Shown one piece after another: positions 39,040 through 50,185 of a stretch of 64,000 nucleotides of DNA. The notes below the pieces were generated by a model. It saw nothing but the letters and a program-made list of their open reading frames with translations. It was not told the DNA's origin and did not search any database. Made by a program: the position numbers and the translations under genes. Origin of the DNA: an uncultured Actinomycetota bacterium (lineage in GTDB: Bacteria > Actinomycetota > Actinomycetes > JAHEKZ01); NCBI GenBank assembly GCA_963718235.1, contig CAVQYR010000001.1, positions 384,001 through 448,000 on the forward strand, read 5' to 3'. Numbering within the stretch: position 1 is the stretch's first letter; every line of letters begins with the position of its first letter.

Positions 39040-39133
39040 GGCGACCCCCCGTGCGGCGTCACCCCACCGAACTCCCCCAGGGCCGGAAGGCAGCAAGGGT
39101 AGGCAGGCTCTGGCGGGTGCGCGGGGGGTCCCT
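39040..39133 (+). ncRNA. ffs: signal recognition particle (4.5S) RNA
   Basis: Domain IV motif CAGGGCCGGAAGGCAGCAAG, closing helix GACCCCCC/GGGGGGTC, -10 TAGACT at 39030, usual position before dnaX. Confidence 0.9.
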
Positions 39134-39186
39134 TCGTGCTCGGCGGCTCGGTGCGACGGGTCCGCCCCGTCGTCTAGGGTGCCGGA

Positions 39187-41100
39187 GTGTCCCAAGCCCT
39201 GTACCGCCGCTACCGTCCCGAGCGGTTCGGCGACATCATCGGTCAGGAGCACGTCACCCACCCGCTGGTCGAGGCGCTCAAGCATGACCGGGTCAACCAT
39301 GCCTATCTGTTCAGCGGCCCACGAGGGTGCGGCAAGACCACCTCGGCCAGGATCCTGGCCCGCTGCCTGAACTGCGAGCAGGGCCCCACTCCCGAACCCT
39401 GCGGTGAGTGCCAGAGCTGCGTCGACCTCGCCCGCAACGGCGGCGGCAGCATCGACGTGATCGAGATCGACGCCGCAAGCCACGGTGGCGTCGACGACGC
39501 CCGCGAGCTGCGCGAACGCGCGTTCTTCGCGCCGGCCGCCAGCCGCTACAAGGTGTACATCATCGACGAGGCTCACATGGTGTCCAAGCAGGGCTTCAAC
39601 GCCCTGCTCAAGCTCGTCGAGGAACCCCCTGAGTTCGTGAAGTTCATCTTCGCCACCACCGAGCCTGATGCGGTGATCGGCACGATCCGGTCACGCACTC
39701 ACCACTACCCGTTCCGGCTGGTAGGGGCACGCACGCTCGAGACCTACCTCGGCGAGGTGTGCGTGTCCGAGGGCGTCACCGTCCAGCCCGGCGTGCTCCC
39801 GCTCGTGGTTCGGGCCGGCGCCGGGTCCGTGCGAGACGCCATGAGCGTTCTGGACCAGCTGATCGGTGGCTCGGTCGGTAACGAGGTCACCTACGACCTT
39901 GCCGTGTCGCTACTCGGCTTCACCCCGGGGGCACTGCTCGACGAGGTCGTCGACGCGATCTCCAGCTCCGACGGTGCGGGCGTCTTCGCCGTGGTCGACA
40001 CGGTGGTCGACTCCGGGCTCGACCCCCGACGCTTCCTGGAGGACCTGCTCCAGCGCCTGCGCGACCTGGTGATCGTGGCCGCGGTCCCCGACGCGTTCAG
40101 CACCGGTCTGGTCGCCGCGCCTGACGACCAGCGCGACCGCATGGTCGCCCAGGCCGAGCGGCTCGGTCTGGCCGCGCTGACCCGGGCGGCCGACCTGGCC
40201 GCGACGGGCCTCACCGAGCTGCGCGGGGCTACCGCGCCCCGCCTGCTCCTCGAGCTGGTCTGCGCGAAGCTGCTGCTGCCCGGTGCGCACGGCGACGAGC
40301 TCGGTCTGGCTGCGCGGCTGGAGCGCCTCGAGCGGCGGCTGTCCATCGGCGGGGTCCCGGTCACCGGGCCGGTCCAGGCACCTGCCCCGTCGGCGAAGCG
40401 ACCGGCGAAGGCGGTCGTCGCACCCGTCGTGCAGCCCGACAAGCCAGCGGCGCCCGCAGCCGGCGACGCAGCACCGGCCCCTGCCCTCGACTCTGCCCTC
40501 GACTCTGCCCTCGACTCTGCCCTCGACTCTGCCCCAGCCCCTGCCCCGGCCGAGGTGCCTGCGCCGACACCGTCCGGTGGCGCCGTCGACCTGCACGAGA
40601 TCCGACGGCTGTGGCCCAACGTGCTCGAGCAGGTCAAGCAGTACCGCCGCGCGGTGTGGATGATGCTGTTCGAGAAGTCGCAGGTCCTCGACGTCGACGA
40701 CACCACCCTCACCCTCGGACTCGGCGACCTCGGAGGCGTTCGGAACTTCGGCACCGGTGGCAAGGACGAGATCGTGCGCCAGGCGGTCATCGACGTCCTG
40801 GGTCTCGACCGATCGATCAAGGCGGTGCACGATCCCTCGCTGAGCGGGCCCGCGCCGGCCGGGCCACCGCCTCCTGCGGAGGTCGTCCCGCAGCGGGCAG
40901 CCCCCGCGGCGGCTGCCGACGCACGGGCGGCGGCGGCCGCGGTCGAGCGGCCCGCGGTGGGCCAGCCGCGCCCCACCCCGGCGATCGACGACGAGGTCGC
41001 CGCCGACGACGCCGAGGACGACCCGAACGACCTGGGCGGTACCGAACTGGTCATGCAGCAGCTCGGTGGCAAGGTCATCGGAGAGATCGACCACACGTAG
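39187..41100 (+). CDS. dnaX: DNA polymerase III subunit gamma/tau
   Basis: ALYRRYRP, GPRGCGKT, Zn-binding Cys motif, IDAASHGG, DEAHM, TIRSR. Confidence 0.97.
   Translation: MSQALYRRYRPERFGDIIGQEHVTHPLVEALKHDRVNHAYLFSGPRGCGKTTSARILARCLNCEQGPTPEPCGECQSCVDLARNGGGSIDVIEIDAASHGGVDDARELRERAFFAPAASRYKVYIIDEAHMVSKQGFNALLKLVEEPPEFVKFIFATTEPDAVIGTIRSRTHHYPFRLVGARTLETYLGEVCVSEGVTVQPGVLPLVVRAGAGSVRDAMSVLDQLIGGSVGNEVTYDLAVSLLGFTPGALLDEVVDAISSSDGAGVFAVVDTVVDSGLDPRRFLEDLLQRLRDLVIVAAVPDAFSTGLVAAPDDQRDRMVAQAERLGLAALTRAADLAATGLTELRGATAPRLLLELVCAKLLLPGAHGDELGLAARLERLERRLSIGGVPVTGPVQAPAPSAKRPAKAVVAPVVQPDKPAAPAAGDAAPAPALDSALDSALDSALDSAPAPAPAEVPAPTPSGGAVDLHEIRRLWPNVLEQVKQYRRAVWMMLFEKSQVLDVDDTTLTLGLGDLGGVRNFGTGGKDEIVRQAVIDVLGLDRSIKAVHDPSLSGPAPAGPPPPAEVVPQRAAPAAAADARAAAAAVERPAVGQPRPTPAIDDEVAADDAEDDPNDLGGTELVMQQLGGKVIGEIDHT
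40481..40534 (+). repeat. 12-bp tandem repeat in the dnaX linker
   Basis: CTGCCCTCGACT x4 plus a partial copy; encodes (ALDS)4. Confidence 0.95.
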
Positions 41101-41149
41101 GGTTCACCGAGAGAACGGGCCACGCGTACGAGCTGCCGAGGAGGTCGTC

Positions 41150-41233
41150 ATGGAGGACATGTCCGACCTGGATGACCGGTCCATCGCCTCGGAGCCCACC
41201 GAGGCCTCGTGCCTGAGCCGGTCGGAGCGGTAG
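41150..41233 (+). CDS. putative 27-aa small ORF between dnaX and recR
   Basis: [37 protein letters not shown], stops 2 bp before recR. Confidence 0.3.
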   Translation: MEDMSDLDDRSIASEPTEASCLSRSER

Positions 41234-41235
41234 CC

Positions 41236-41835
41236 GTGTACGAAGGAATCGTTCAGGACCTCATCGACGAGCTGGGGCGGCTGCCCGGAGTCGGGCCCAA
41301 GAGCGCCCAACGGATCGCCTTCCACGTGCTCGCCGCCGACCCGGCCGACGTCAAGCGCTTGGCCGACGTCCTGCGTGAGGTCAAGGAGAAGGTCCGGTTC
41401 TGCCGCACGTGCGGCAACGTCGCCGAGGACGACCAGTGCCGGGTGTGCCGTGACCCACGCCGCGACCTCACCGTGCTGTGTGTCGTGGAGGAGCCGAAGG
41501 ACGTCGTCGCGATCGAGCGCACCCGCGAGTTCCGGGGGCGCTACCACGTGCTAGGCGGCGCGATCAGCCCGATCGAGGGGATCGGTCCTGACGACCTGCG
41601 GGTCAAGGAGCTCATGACCCGGCTGGCCGACGGCGTGGTCACCGAGCTGATCATCGCCACCGACCCCAACCTCGAGGGCGAGGCGACTGCCACCTACCTG
41701 GCCCGGCTGGTCAAGCCCATGGGTCTGCACGTCACTCGGCTGGCCAGTGGGTTGCCGGTCGGGGGCGACCTCGAGTACGCCGACGAGGTCACCTTGGGCC
41801 GTGCCTTCGAAGGCCGACGACTGCTCGACGTCTGA
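41236..41835 (+). CDS. recR: recombination mediator RecR
   Basis: [12 protein letters not shown]4 zinc finger, YHVLGG, EGEATA, DLEYAD. Confidence 0.97.
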   Translation: MYEGIVQDLIDELGRLPGVGPKSAQRIAFHVLAADPADVKRLADVLREVKEKVRFCRTCGNVAEDDQCRVCRDPRRDLTVLCVVEEPKDVVAIERTREFRGRYHVLGGAISPIEGIGPDDLRVKELMTRLADGVVTELIIATDPNLEGEATATYLARLVKPMGLHVTRLASGLPVGGDLEYADEVTLGRAFEGRRLLDV

Positions 41836-41864
41836 ACGTGACTCCACACACGAAAGGCCAAGCC

Positions 41865-42452
41865 ATGAGCGATGCCCCGGGTTCGGACCAGGTGGTCGAC
41901 GAGGAGGACGACCTCGACGAGTTCGCCACCGACGTGGCCGACCAGGTCGAGAGCTTCCTGATCGCTTTGGGCGCAGTCGCTCGCGGAGACATGCCGGACG
42001 GCGCGCTGTCGATCCTGCTGCTCGAGGTGTCCCAGCTGCTGCTGGCGGGTGGACGCCTGGGCGCGATCGTCGACATCGTTCCGACCGAGCGGTTCGAGCC
42101 GGACGCGGGCATGGACCCCGACGCCGACGAGCTCCGTGCCCGGCTGGCCGTTCTGCTCGAGCCGATCGACGAGTACGTCGAGGTGTTCGACCCGTACGCG
42201 CACGAGGTCGAGGTCGAGGTGTCACGGCTGTCCGACGACCTGGCCGACGTCGCCGCTGACCTGTACCACGGGTTGGCGCACTACCGCTCCGGACGTCGGG
42301 TCGAGGCGATGTGGTGGTGGCAGTACAGCTACCTGGCGAACTGGGGCTCCACGGCGAGCTCGGTGATGCGTGCCCTGCACTCGGCGATCGCGCACACCCG
42401 GCTCGACGTCGAGGACGACGACAGCGACGTCGAGGTCGACGTCACGCTCTAG
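41865..42452 (+). CDS. DUF5063 family protein
   Basis: LSDDLADV, EAMWWWQYSYLANWG; usual recR-ask neighbourhood. Confidence 0.85.
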   Translation: MSDAPGSDQVVDEEDDLDEFATDVADQVESFLIALGAVARGDMPDGALSILLLEVSQLLLAGGRLGAIVDIVPTERFEPDAGMDPDADELRARLAVLLEPIDEYVEVFDPYAHEVEVEVSRLSDDLADVAADLYHGLAHYRSGRRVEAMWWWQYSYLANWGSTASSVMRALHSAIAHTRLDVEDDDSDVEVDVTL

Positions 42453-42495
42453 GGGTGCTCCGCCGTGAGCGTCGCGCGGCCGGTCGCGCCCCGGG

Positions 42496-43260
42496 TCAGC
42501 CGGGGAGTGGAGTGGGTGCGACAGGCGGCAGGGCAAAGCCGGCCGCGACCCGGTTGTCGATCGAGAGGATCACGAGCCGGCCGCTGCGGTAGGTGATGAG
42601 GACCGGGGTGCCGACGTACCGACCGCTGTCGAGCAGGCAGTACCGCCCCTCGTCGATCCCCCTGCCCCGCACCCGAAAGCACGTGGCGGTCCCGTAGCCG
42701 TGCGGGGCTCGCCAGACTCCGTCGCGGCGGACGACCAACGACCGTGGCGGGTCGGCCAGAGCGGGCAGAGTCTGGGTGACGATCCGCTGGAGCCCGGGGT
42801 CGAACAGGGCAGGGGGCCGTCGTCCGGGCTTGGCCACGAGCAGGCACGTGCGACCCTTCGGCCCGCTCTGGCAGGAGACCGCACCGCGCGGCGCGGTTCG
42901 CAGCGACGAGGTCGAGGCGCCGCGGGTGACGTCGATCCGGTACCGCCCCCGGGCTCGCTGGATCCGGACCACCCCGCCCTGCTGCTCGGGGTTCCGCGGA
43001 CGGATCCGGTAGGTGAGGTCGAGGGGGCGACCGCGCAGCTGACCGGCCAGCGCCGCCGCCTGGTCCCGTGGGCTGGGGGTCGGCGCGTCCTCGGCGGTGG
43101 CGGAGGAAGTGGGGGTCGGCGTCGTCGACGCGGACCCGGTGACCGGGTCGGGGCTGCTCTGACAACCGGTGATCGCGAGTGTGGCGCCCCCCATGGCGGC
43201 CAGCCAGCGGACCGCTTGCCCACGACGGGCGCCACGGGGGGACCCACTCGTCACGAACAC
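42496..43260 (-). CDS. hypothetical lipoprotein
   Basis: Lipobox ITGC, Pro/Thr linker, four Cys in the mature part; TAGGGT-N6-GTG start. Confidence 0.6.
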   Translation of the reverse strand: MFVTSGSPRGARRGQAVRWLAAMGGATLAITGCQSSPDPVTGSASTTPTPTSSATAEDAPTPSPRDQAAALAGQLRGRPLDLTYRIRPRNPEQQGGVVRIQRARGRYRIDVTRGASTSSLRTAPRGAVSCQSGPKGRTCLLVAKPGRRPPALFDPGLQRIVTQTLPALADPPRSLVVRRDGVWRAPHGYGTATCFRVRGRGIDEGRYCLLDSGRYVGTPVLITYRSGRLVILSIDNRVAAGFALPPVAPTPLPG

Positions 43261-43413
43261 TCCTCCACCCTAGGCCCGCATGTGGGTCGCCCGGTCTCGG
43301 CATGCGGACGACAGCGGGTCGAGGAGTGGCCACGGGTAGACTCGCGACCTCGGAGCCCGGAGCGGGCGCAGCCGGCCGTCGCCTCTGGCGATGTCTTCGA
43401 GGAGGGAACGGTC

Positions 43414-44722
43414 GTGGGCCTCGTCGTCCAGAAGTACGGCGGTTCCAGCGTCGCCGACGCCGCGAGCATCAAGCGGGTGGCCCGCCGGATCGTCGACACG
43501 AAGAGGTCCGGTTCCGACGTCGCCGTCGTGGTGTCCGCGATGGGTGACACCACTGACGAGCTGATCGACCTGGCCGAGCAGGTCTCGCCGAAGCCACCAG
43601 GCCGCGAGCTCGACATGCTCCTGACCGCCGGTGAGCGGATCGCGATGGCCCTGTTGGCGATGGCGATCCACGACCTGGGGGTCGAGGCGAGGTCGTTCAC
43701 CGGCAGCCAGGCCGGGATGATCACCGACTCCTCCCACGGCCGGGCCCGGATCATCGATGTCACCCCCGGGCGGATCCGAGGCGCCATCGACGAGGGCGCG
43801 GTCGCGATCGTCGCCGGCTTCCAGGGCGTCAGCCAGGACACCAAGGACATCACCACGCTGGGTCGCGGCGGCTCCGACACGACCGCCGTCGCACTGGGTG
43901 TGGCGCTGGGTGCAGACGCCTGCGAGATCTACACCGACGTCGACGGTGTCTTCACCGCCGACCCGCGCATCGTGCCGACGGCCCGGCACCTGCCGGTCAT
44001 CACGTACGAGGAGATGCTCGAGCTGGCGGCGTGCCGGCGCCAAGGTGCTGCACCTGCGGTGTGTCGAGTACGCGCGCCGGTCAGCGCTTCCGCTGCACGT
44101 GCGGTCGTCGTTCAGTGACCGTCCTGGAACGTGGGTCGTCGCTGATGCGTCGATGCCACCAAGTGAGGCGGGTACTCCGCTACGACGAGAGGGTGAGTTC
44201 GTGGAGCAGCCAATCATCTCCGGAGTGGCGCACGAGCGCGGCGAGGCCAAGGTGACCGTCGTCGGGGTGCCCGACAAGCCTGGCGAGGCGGCCTTGATCT
44301 TCGAGACCATCGCCGACGCGCACATCAACATCGACATGATCGTGCAGAACGTCTCCGCGGCCGCGACCGGCCTCACGGACATCTCGTTCACCCTGCCGAA
44401 CACCGACGGGCCGCAGGCCATGGCCGCCCTGGAGGCACGTCAGGCCGACATCGGGTTCGAGTCGCTGGAGTACGACGACCAGATCGGCAAGGTCTCCCTG
44501 GTGGGCGCGGGCATGCGGACCCACCCGGGGGTGTCCGCGCAGTTCTTCCGAGCTCTGTCCGACGTCGGGGTGAACGTCGAGATGATCTCCACGTCGGAGA
44601 TCCGGATCTCGGTGATTACCCGGGCCGACGAGCTCGATGCGGCAGTGCTGGCCGTGCACTCGTCGTTCGGGCTGGACGCCGACGAGCAGGAGGCCGTCGT
44701 CTACGGGGGGAGCGGTCGATGA
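43414..44722 (+). CDS. ask: aspartate kinase, apparent +1 frameshift at about 44035
   Basis: [27 protein letters not shown]; continues [13 protein letters not shown] and two ACT domains in the next frame. Confidence 0.93.
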
Positions 44723-45768
44723 CCAAGCCCACCCTCGCCGTCGTCGGCGCCACCGGGGCCGTCGGCACGGTCATGCTCGACCTGCTCAGCACTCGGGCCG
44801 ACGTATGGGGTGAGATCCGCTTGGTCGCCTCGGCGCGGTCGGCGGGCAAGAAGCTGGTCGTGCGCGGCGAAGAGGTCGAGGTCGTGGCCTTGGCGCCGGA
44901 GGTCTTCGACGGCGTCGACGTCGCCATGTTCGACGTGCCCGACGAGGTATCTGCGCAGTGGGCACCGGTTGCTGCCTCGCGCGGAGCCGTGGCGGTCGAC
45001 AACTCCGGCGCCTTCCGGATGGACGACGACGTGCCGCTCGTTGTCCCTGAGGTGAACCCGCAGGCGGCCGGTCGGCGCCCTCGCGGCATCATCGCCAACC
45101 CCAACTGCACCACGCTGTCGATGATCGTGGCCGTGGGCGCGCTGCACCGACGCTACGGTCTGCGTGAGCTTGTCGTGGCGTCCTACCAGGCCGCGTCAGG
45201 TGCCGGCCAAGGCGGCATCGACACCCTCTACGCGCAGACCCAGAAGGTGGCTGCTGCCGGCGAGACGGTCGGACAGCGTTCCGGCGACCTACGCCGAACC
45301 GTCGGTGACCTGGGGCCGTTCCCGGCCCCACTGGCGATGAACGTCGTCCCATGGGCCGGGTCGCTGAAGGACGCCGGTTGGAGCAGCGAGGAGCTGAAGG
45401 TGCGCAACGAGTCGCGCAAGATCCTCGGCCTGCCGGAGCTTCGGGTGTCGGCCACCTGCGTGCGGGTCCCGGTGATCACCACGCACTCGCTGGCCGTGCA
45501 CGCCGTCTTCGACGAGCCGGTCGACCAGCTGCAGGCTCAGCAGCTGCTCAGCGAGGCGGCCGGAGTCGTGGTCGTCGACGACCCGGCGGCGGGTGAGTTC
45601 CCCACGCCCAACGACGTCGTGGGCACCGACCCGACCTGGGTGGGCCGGATCCGGGTGTCCCTGGACGACCCGAACGCACTCGACCTGTTCGTCTGCGGTG
45701 ACAACCTGCGCAAGGGTGCCGCGCTCAACACCGCCCAGATCGCCGAGCTCGTTGCCACGGAGATCTAG
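44719..45768 (+). CDS. asd: aspartate-semialdehyde dehydrogenase
   Basis: [34 protein letters not shown]. Confidence 0.97.
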   Translation: MTKPTLAVVGATGAVGTVMLDLLSTRADVWGEIRLVASARSAGKKLVVRGEEVEVVALAPEVFDGVDVAMFDVPDEVSAQWAPVAASRGAVAVDNSGAFRMDDDVPLVVPEVNPQAAGRRPRGIIANPNCTTLSMIVAVGALHRRYGLRELVVASYQAASGAGQGGIDTLYAQTQKVAAAGETVGQRSGDLRRTVGDLGPFPAPLAMNVVPWAGSLKDAGWSSEELKVRNESRKILGLPELRVSATCVRVPVITTHSLAVHAVFDEPVDQLQAQQLLSEAAGVVVVDDPAAGEFPTPNDVVGTDPTWVGRIRVSLDDPNALDLFVCGDNLRKGAALNTAQIAELVATEI

Positions 45769-45819
45769 TGTCTCCGATACTCGGGAACACTCGATCGTCG
45801 TGCTGTCGTAGAGCAACGG

Positions 45820-47993
45820 TCACCGGCGACGACGGTGCTTGCTGGTGCGTGGCGCGGTCCCGGTCTGGGCGGTCAGCGCGTCGAGCTCCCGGGCAGCGCT
45901 GTCTGGCCCGGTCGGCGGAGGGCGCTTCGGCGGCGTAGGCGGTCTCGTCGACCGCGGTGAAGGCAGTCCGGTGCAGCGACCCGTTGGGCACCCGTCGGGC
46001 CAGCTCGGCCACCGTCTCGGACCGGCCACGTCCTGCGTTGACGGCGACCAGGGCGGACTCCAGGCGACGGAACGCAGGCAGCGGCTCGGGTTCTGGCCGG
46101 TCGGCGTGGTTGAGGCTTGCCCGCTGCGGGTCCCGCCGAACGGCCCGGCGGCGCCGGTACACCGTGCGAGCTCCCCAGCCGGCCACCACCAGCGCGAGCA
46201 CGATCAGGGCCGCCTGGACGCGGTCGGCCGCGGAGTCCAGGAGGGCGCCGACCTTCGTGGCCAGGCTCGAGGCGAAGGACTCTGACGCCGGTGCGAGGGC
46301 CGCTCCGGCGGTGGGGTCCGACGACACCCAGCCGACGCCGGGAACCCACGCCTCCACCCACGCATGGGCCTGGTCGGCGCGCAGGGGGCGCCAGCCGTCG
46401 TCCGTGGGAGTCGGCTCGCTCGAGAAACCGGTGACCACGCGCGCGGGAATGCCGCCCGCGCGAAGCAGGATGGCCTCGGCACTGGCGAAGTGCTCGCAGA
46501 AGCCGAGCTTGGACTCGAACAAGAAGTCGTCGACAACGTCCTGCCCAGCCGGTGTCACCGGAGAGTCCAGGGTGTACTGCGCGTTGTTGCGCACGTACGA
46601 CTCCACGTCGTCGACCGCTTCGGCGGTGGTGTCGGCATCCGACACGAGGTCCTGCCCGAGCCGGCGGACCCGGTCTGGAACCGACGTCGGAACCTGGGTC
46701 CACACGTCGGGCAGCCCTGCGGAGTCGCGTTCGGCTCTCGTGGCAGGTGGATCGTCACGGACGTCCTGGGCGGACGGGATCGGCGCAGCCTCGACGACAT
46801 ACGTCACCTGCGGGTTGTCCATCAGGTACGGGAAGCGGTTCGAATCGACACCGGGCCAGATCTGGAGCCCTCCTGCTCCGTCGACCACCGGGCCGCGGGC
46901 CTGGACCACGACCGGTCGGCCGGGTGCCACGACCACTCCGGTGAACAGGTCGGTTCCCGAGACGGGGTACGCGATCCAGCCGTTCGGGTTCTCGGTGTCG
47001 ACACTCTGCGTTCCGCCGTCCGCGGGGGAAGGAGCCAGGACCACCCCTTGCTGGATCTCGTGGAGGCTCCCGGTGCCGGCGAAGGATGTCGACAGCCAGG
47101 TCCCGTTCTCGTACGTGTCGTACACCGTTCCCCGCCACAGGCTCGGTGAGTCGGCCGGGACGAAGACGATTGGATCGTCGGGGAGCGGTCCACGGACCCG
47201 CAGGTCCAGCGAGCCGCTGGAGTAGCTGGCCACCCCCCGCGCGACACCGCCCGTGGTCTCCGGCTGCCCGACGCCACCGGCTGCGAGGCGACTGCGTAAG
47301 CGAGGAGCCGTCAGGGACCGGGACCAGCAGGAGCAGGACGACGCTGAGCACGGCGACCGTAGCCAGCGCGCGCACGAGCGGGACAACCGTCGGGGCACGG
47401 TGGGACAGGGACGCAGGACGCGCCGTCTCGGACGCGGAGCGCACCTGATGGCTCCGGTGGAGGACGACTCCGCCGGCGACGACCACACCACACCCCACCA
47501 GCAGCGGGAGTGCGAGGGAGACGCCGGGAGCGGTGCCAGCGGCCAGGACGAGCATCAGGGCTGCCGTGACCAGGCCGAAGGTCAGGTCGCGGTCGCGCTC
47601 CTGCACGAGGGTGTGGGCGACGCACAGTCCGACGAGAGCCTTGGCCAGGAACCCGAACATCTGGTCGAGTCCGGGTGCGCCAGCAAGCAGCATGACCAGC
47701 GCCACCAGCAGGAGCACGGCGACGCTGGCGGCCTTGCGTACGGTCTGCCCGGTGGGATCGCTCCAGGCGTAGGCGAGGGCTGCCGACGCAGCGACGGCGA
47801 TGAGCCCGGTCGCCGTCCACAACGGGGTCAACAGCCCCGAGACGGCGAGGCCCACTATCCCGCAGCCGGTGGCGGTGACGACGAGGATGCGCAGCACTTC
47901 GCTGCGACCGACCTCGAGGCCGCTGTCCGTTGCCGACGGCTCGGACGCAGCCTTGGCCGACGCGCAGCGCGGGTCCGCCGTCCGCGTCGTCAT
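45820..47993 (-). CDS. membrane transglutaminase-like protein (DUF3488/TgpA type), two apparent +1 frameshifts (about 47298 and 45900)
   Basis: TM-rich N-terminus in ORF 46755-48458; catalytic GFCEHFA, HAWVE, DPT in ORF 45725-47491; tail AARELDAL in ORF 45820-46029. Confidence 0.8.
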
Positions 47994-49099
47994 CGCGGGC
48001 CCGGCAGGGACGTGACGTCGACGACGTCCACGCCGTAGGGGGAGAAGGCGGCGGCGAGGCGGGGCCAGGCCTCCGCCCGCATCCCATGGGCGACGACATG
48101 CACCTGGCCGCCGGCGCCGGCGACCTGGGCCGCGCGCTCGACGAGGTCGGGCTTGGGCCAGCCCGCAGGCTCGATCGCCGCGCACCCGTCGAGCGAGGAG
48201 TCCACGGTGGCCGAGAGCACGGCGTCGAACACCGGCTGGTCGGCGAACAGGTTCACGTCGTGCCCGGCCCGAACCCCCTGAACGGCCAGCGAGGCAAGGA
48301 CGCGAACGGAGCGCTCCCAGGTGGGGCGGTCCGATGCAGTGATCGCGAGCAGGTTGAGGGTCGGTCGACGTGGCGCCTCGCGTTCGAGCACCACGAGCTG
48401 CCCGCGCCGTGCACTGGCCCGCCAGTGCACCTGACGGGCGTCGTCGCCGTTGCGCCACTCGCGAAGTCCCCGCACGGTCGGCCCGTCCCGCCGGACGCTC
48501 GCCCGGCTGGAGCGCTCGTCGTCGGGCTCACGGGGGTTCACCACCGGGACCGGGACCAGGGCCGGGCGAACCACCAGCGGCACCGCCACGGCGCTGTTCG
48601 ACGTCACGAGGACGACGCCGAACGGCGAGCTGCTGCTCACCGTGAGGGCGTGCCCGGGAGTGACACCGCGATCGGTTGCGGTGCGGACCACGCTGACGGT
48701 GGCACTCTCGCGTGGGGCCAGGGCCGGCACGAGGACCACGACGTCGGCCACGCCGTGCGTGTGGTCGCGCAGGTGGGCCAGAGACGTGCGCCTCGACCCC
48801 ACGTTGGTGACCGTGAACCGGTGGCTTGCCGTCTGGCCGACCGTTGTGGCCGTCGGGTGCTCGACCGTGACGACCAGACCGCTGATCCGCGGCGACTGGA
48901 GGAGCGAGGCCACGACGACGGCAGCACTGACCGCGGCGAGCACGTGCAGCCACACCGTCCCGGTCAGCCAGGCCAGCCCCTCGAGCGCTACGGCAAGGCT
49001 GGCCGGGACCAGGAGCACCTGGGTGAGAGTCCGGTTCGGAGAAGGCATCTCGGTCGAGGCGGACACTGAGCGTGAGGCGGGCACGGGGGACTCACCCAC
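47990..49099 (-). CDS. DUF58 domain protein
   Basis: GLREWRNGDDARQVHWRASARRGQLVV; lies between MoxR and transglutaminase; start uncertain. Confidence 0.88.
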   Translation of the reverse strand: MGESPVPASRSVSASTEMPSPNRTLTQVLLVPASLAVALEGLAWLTGTVWLHVLAAVSAAVVVASLLQSPRISGLVVTVEHPTATTVGQTASHRFTVTNVGSRRTSLAHLRDHTHGVADVVVLVPALAPRESATVSVVRTATDRGVTPGHALTVSSSSPFGVVLVTSNSAVAVPLVVRPALVPVPVVNPREPDDERSSRASVRRDGPTVRGLREWRNGDDARQVHWRASARRGQLVVLEREAPRRPTLNLLAITASDRPTWERSVRVLASLAVQGVRAGHDVNLFADQPVFDAVLSATVDSSLDGCAAIEPAGWPKPDLVERAAQVAGAGGQVHVVAHGMRAEAWPRLAAAFSPYGVDVVDVTSLPGPR

Positions 49100-50072
49100 C
49101 AATGGGCACGGCCACCCGGCGCAGGGTCTCCGACACGACGGTCTCATCCAGCTCGACGGAGGCAGGGAGCATGACCAGGCGGTGAGCGAGGACCGCGGGC
49201 GCGACGGCCTTGACGTCGTCCGGTGTCACGTAGGCGCGCCCCTGGCAGACCGCCCTCGCCTGAGCCACCCGGACCAGTGAGATGGCGGCTCGGGAGCTGG
49301 CTCCCAGGTGGACCCGGGCGTCCTGGCGGGTGGCCCGGGTGACCGCCACCGCGTAGTCGAGCACGGCGTCGGAGACGTGCAGGAGGCGGACCTCGTGCTG
49401 TGCCGCACGCAGCTCGTCGGCGGTGGTGACCGGTGTGAGGTCGTCAACGGTGGGTCGGGCCAGCTGTTCCCGGACGACGCGCACCTCCGAGGACACGTCG
49501 AGCTCACCGAGCCGCAGCCGCAGGGCGAACCGGTCGAGCTGACCTTCCGGCAGGGGGTAGGTGCCGTGGTGCTCCATCGGGTTCTGCGTGGCCAGGACGA
49601 AGAAGGGGTCGGGCACCGGGTGACGGTGACCGTCGACGGTCACGGCGCCTTCGTCCATGACCTCGAGGAACGCCGCCTGGGTCCTCGGTGGTGTGCGGTT
49701 GATCTCGTCGACCAGGACGACGTGGGCGAACACCGGGCCGGGAACGAACGTGAAGCTGTGGTCGGTGGGGTTCCACATGCTGGACCCGGTGATGTCGGCC
49801 GGCATCAGGTCGGGGGTCCCCTGCACCCGACCGAAGGAGCCACCCACCGAGCGGGCGAAGGCGCGCGCGAGGGTGGTCTTGCCGCTCCCCGGTACGTCTT
49901 CCAGCAGGACGTGTCCGCCGGCGAGCATCGCGGCGCCGACCAGCTCGACGACCTCGGAGCGCCCGCGCACGACCCGCTGGACGTTCTGGATCAGCCGTTG
50001 GGCCACCGACCCGGCCACCCCGTGGCTGGCGCCAGGGTGTGGCTCGACGTCGGTCGACGAGGCGAGACTCAC
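49092..50072 (-). CDS. MoxR family AAA+ ATPase
   Basis: GHVLLEDVPGSGKT, DEINR, ATQNP, YPLPEGQLDRF; start uncertain. Confidence 0.93.
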   Translation of the reverse strand: MSLASSTDVEPHPGASHGVAGSVAQRLIQNVQRVVRGRSEVVELVGAAMLAGGHVLLEDVPGSGKTTLARAFARSVGGSFGRVQGTPDLMPADITGSSMWNPTDHSFTFVPGPVFAHVVLVDEINRTPPRTQAAFLEVMDEGAVTVDGHRHPVPDPFFVLATQNPMEHHGTYPLPEGQLDRFALRLRLGELDVSSEVRVVREQLARPTVDDLTPVTTADELRAAQHEVRLLHVSDAVLDYAVAVTRATRQDARVHLGASSRAAISLVRVAQARAVCQGRAYVTPDDVKAVAPAVLAHRLVMLPASVELDETVVSETLRRVAVPIGG

Positions 50073-50185
50073 CGCGGCGCCCCCCGAGGAACTGTGACAG
50101 CTGACCTCACTCCATCGACCCGTGGCGCCCGCGTCTGAAGGGCTCGAAGCCAAGTGGTGGCGCTGAGCGGGGCGTGGGATGAGTC

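Noticed and set aside
39187-41100. Programmed frameshift producing DnaX gamma
   Set aside because: No A-rich slippery run or poly-A tract is visible
43261-43413. Lysine riboswitch upstream of ask
   Set aside because: The leader after the TAGACT -10 is only about 70 nt and lacks recognisable aptamer features
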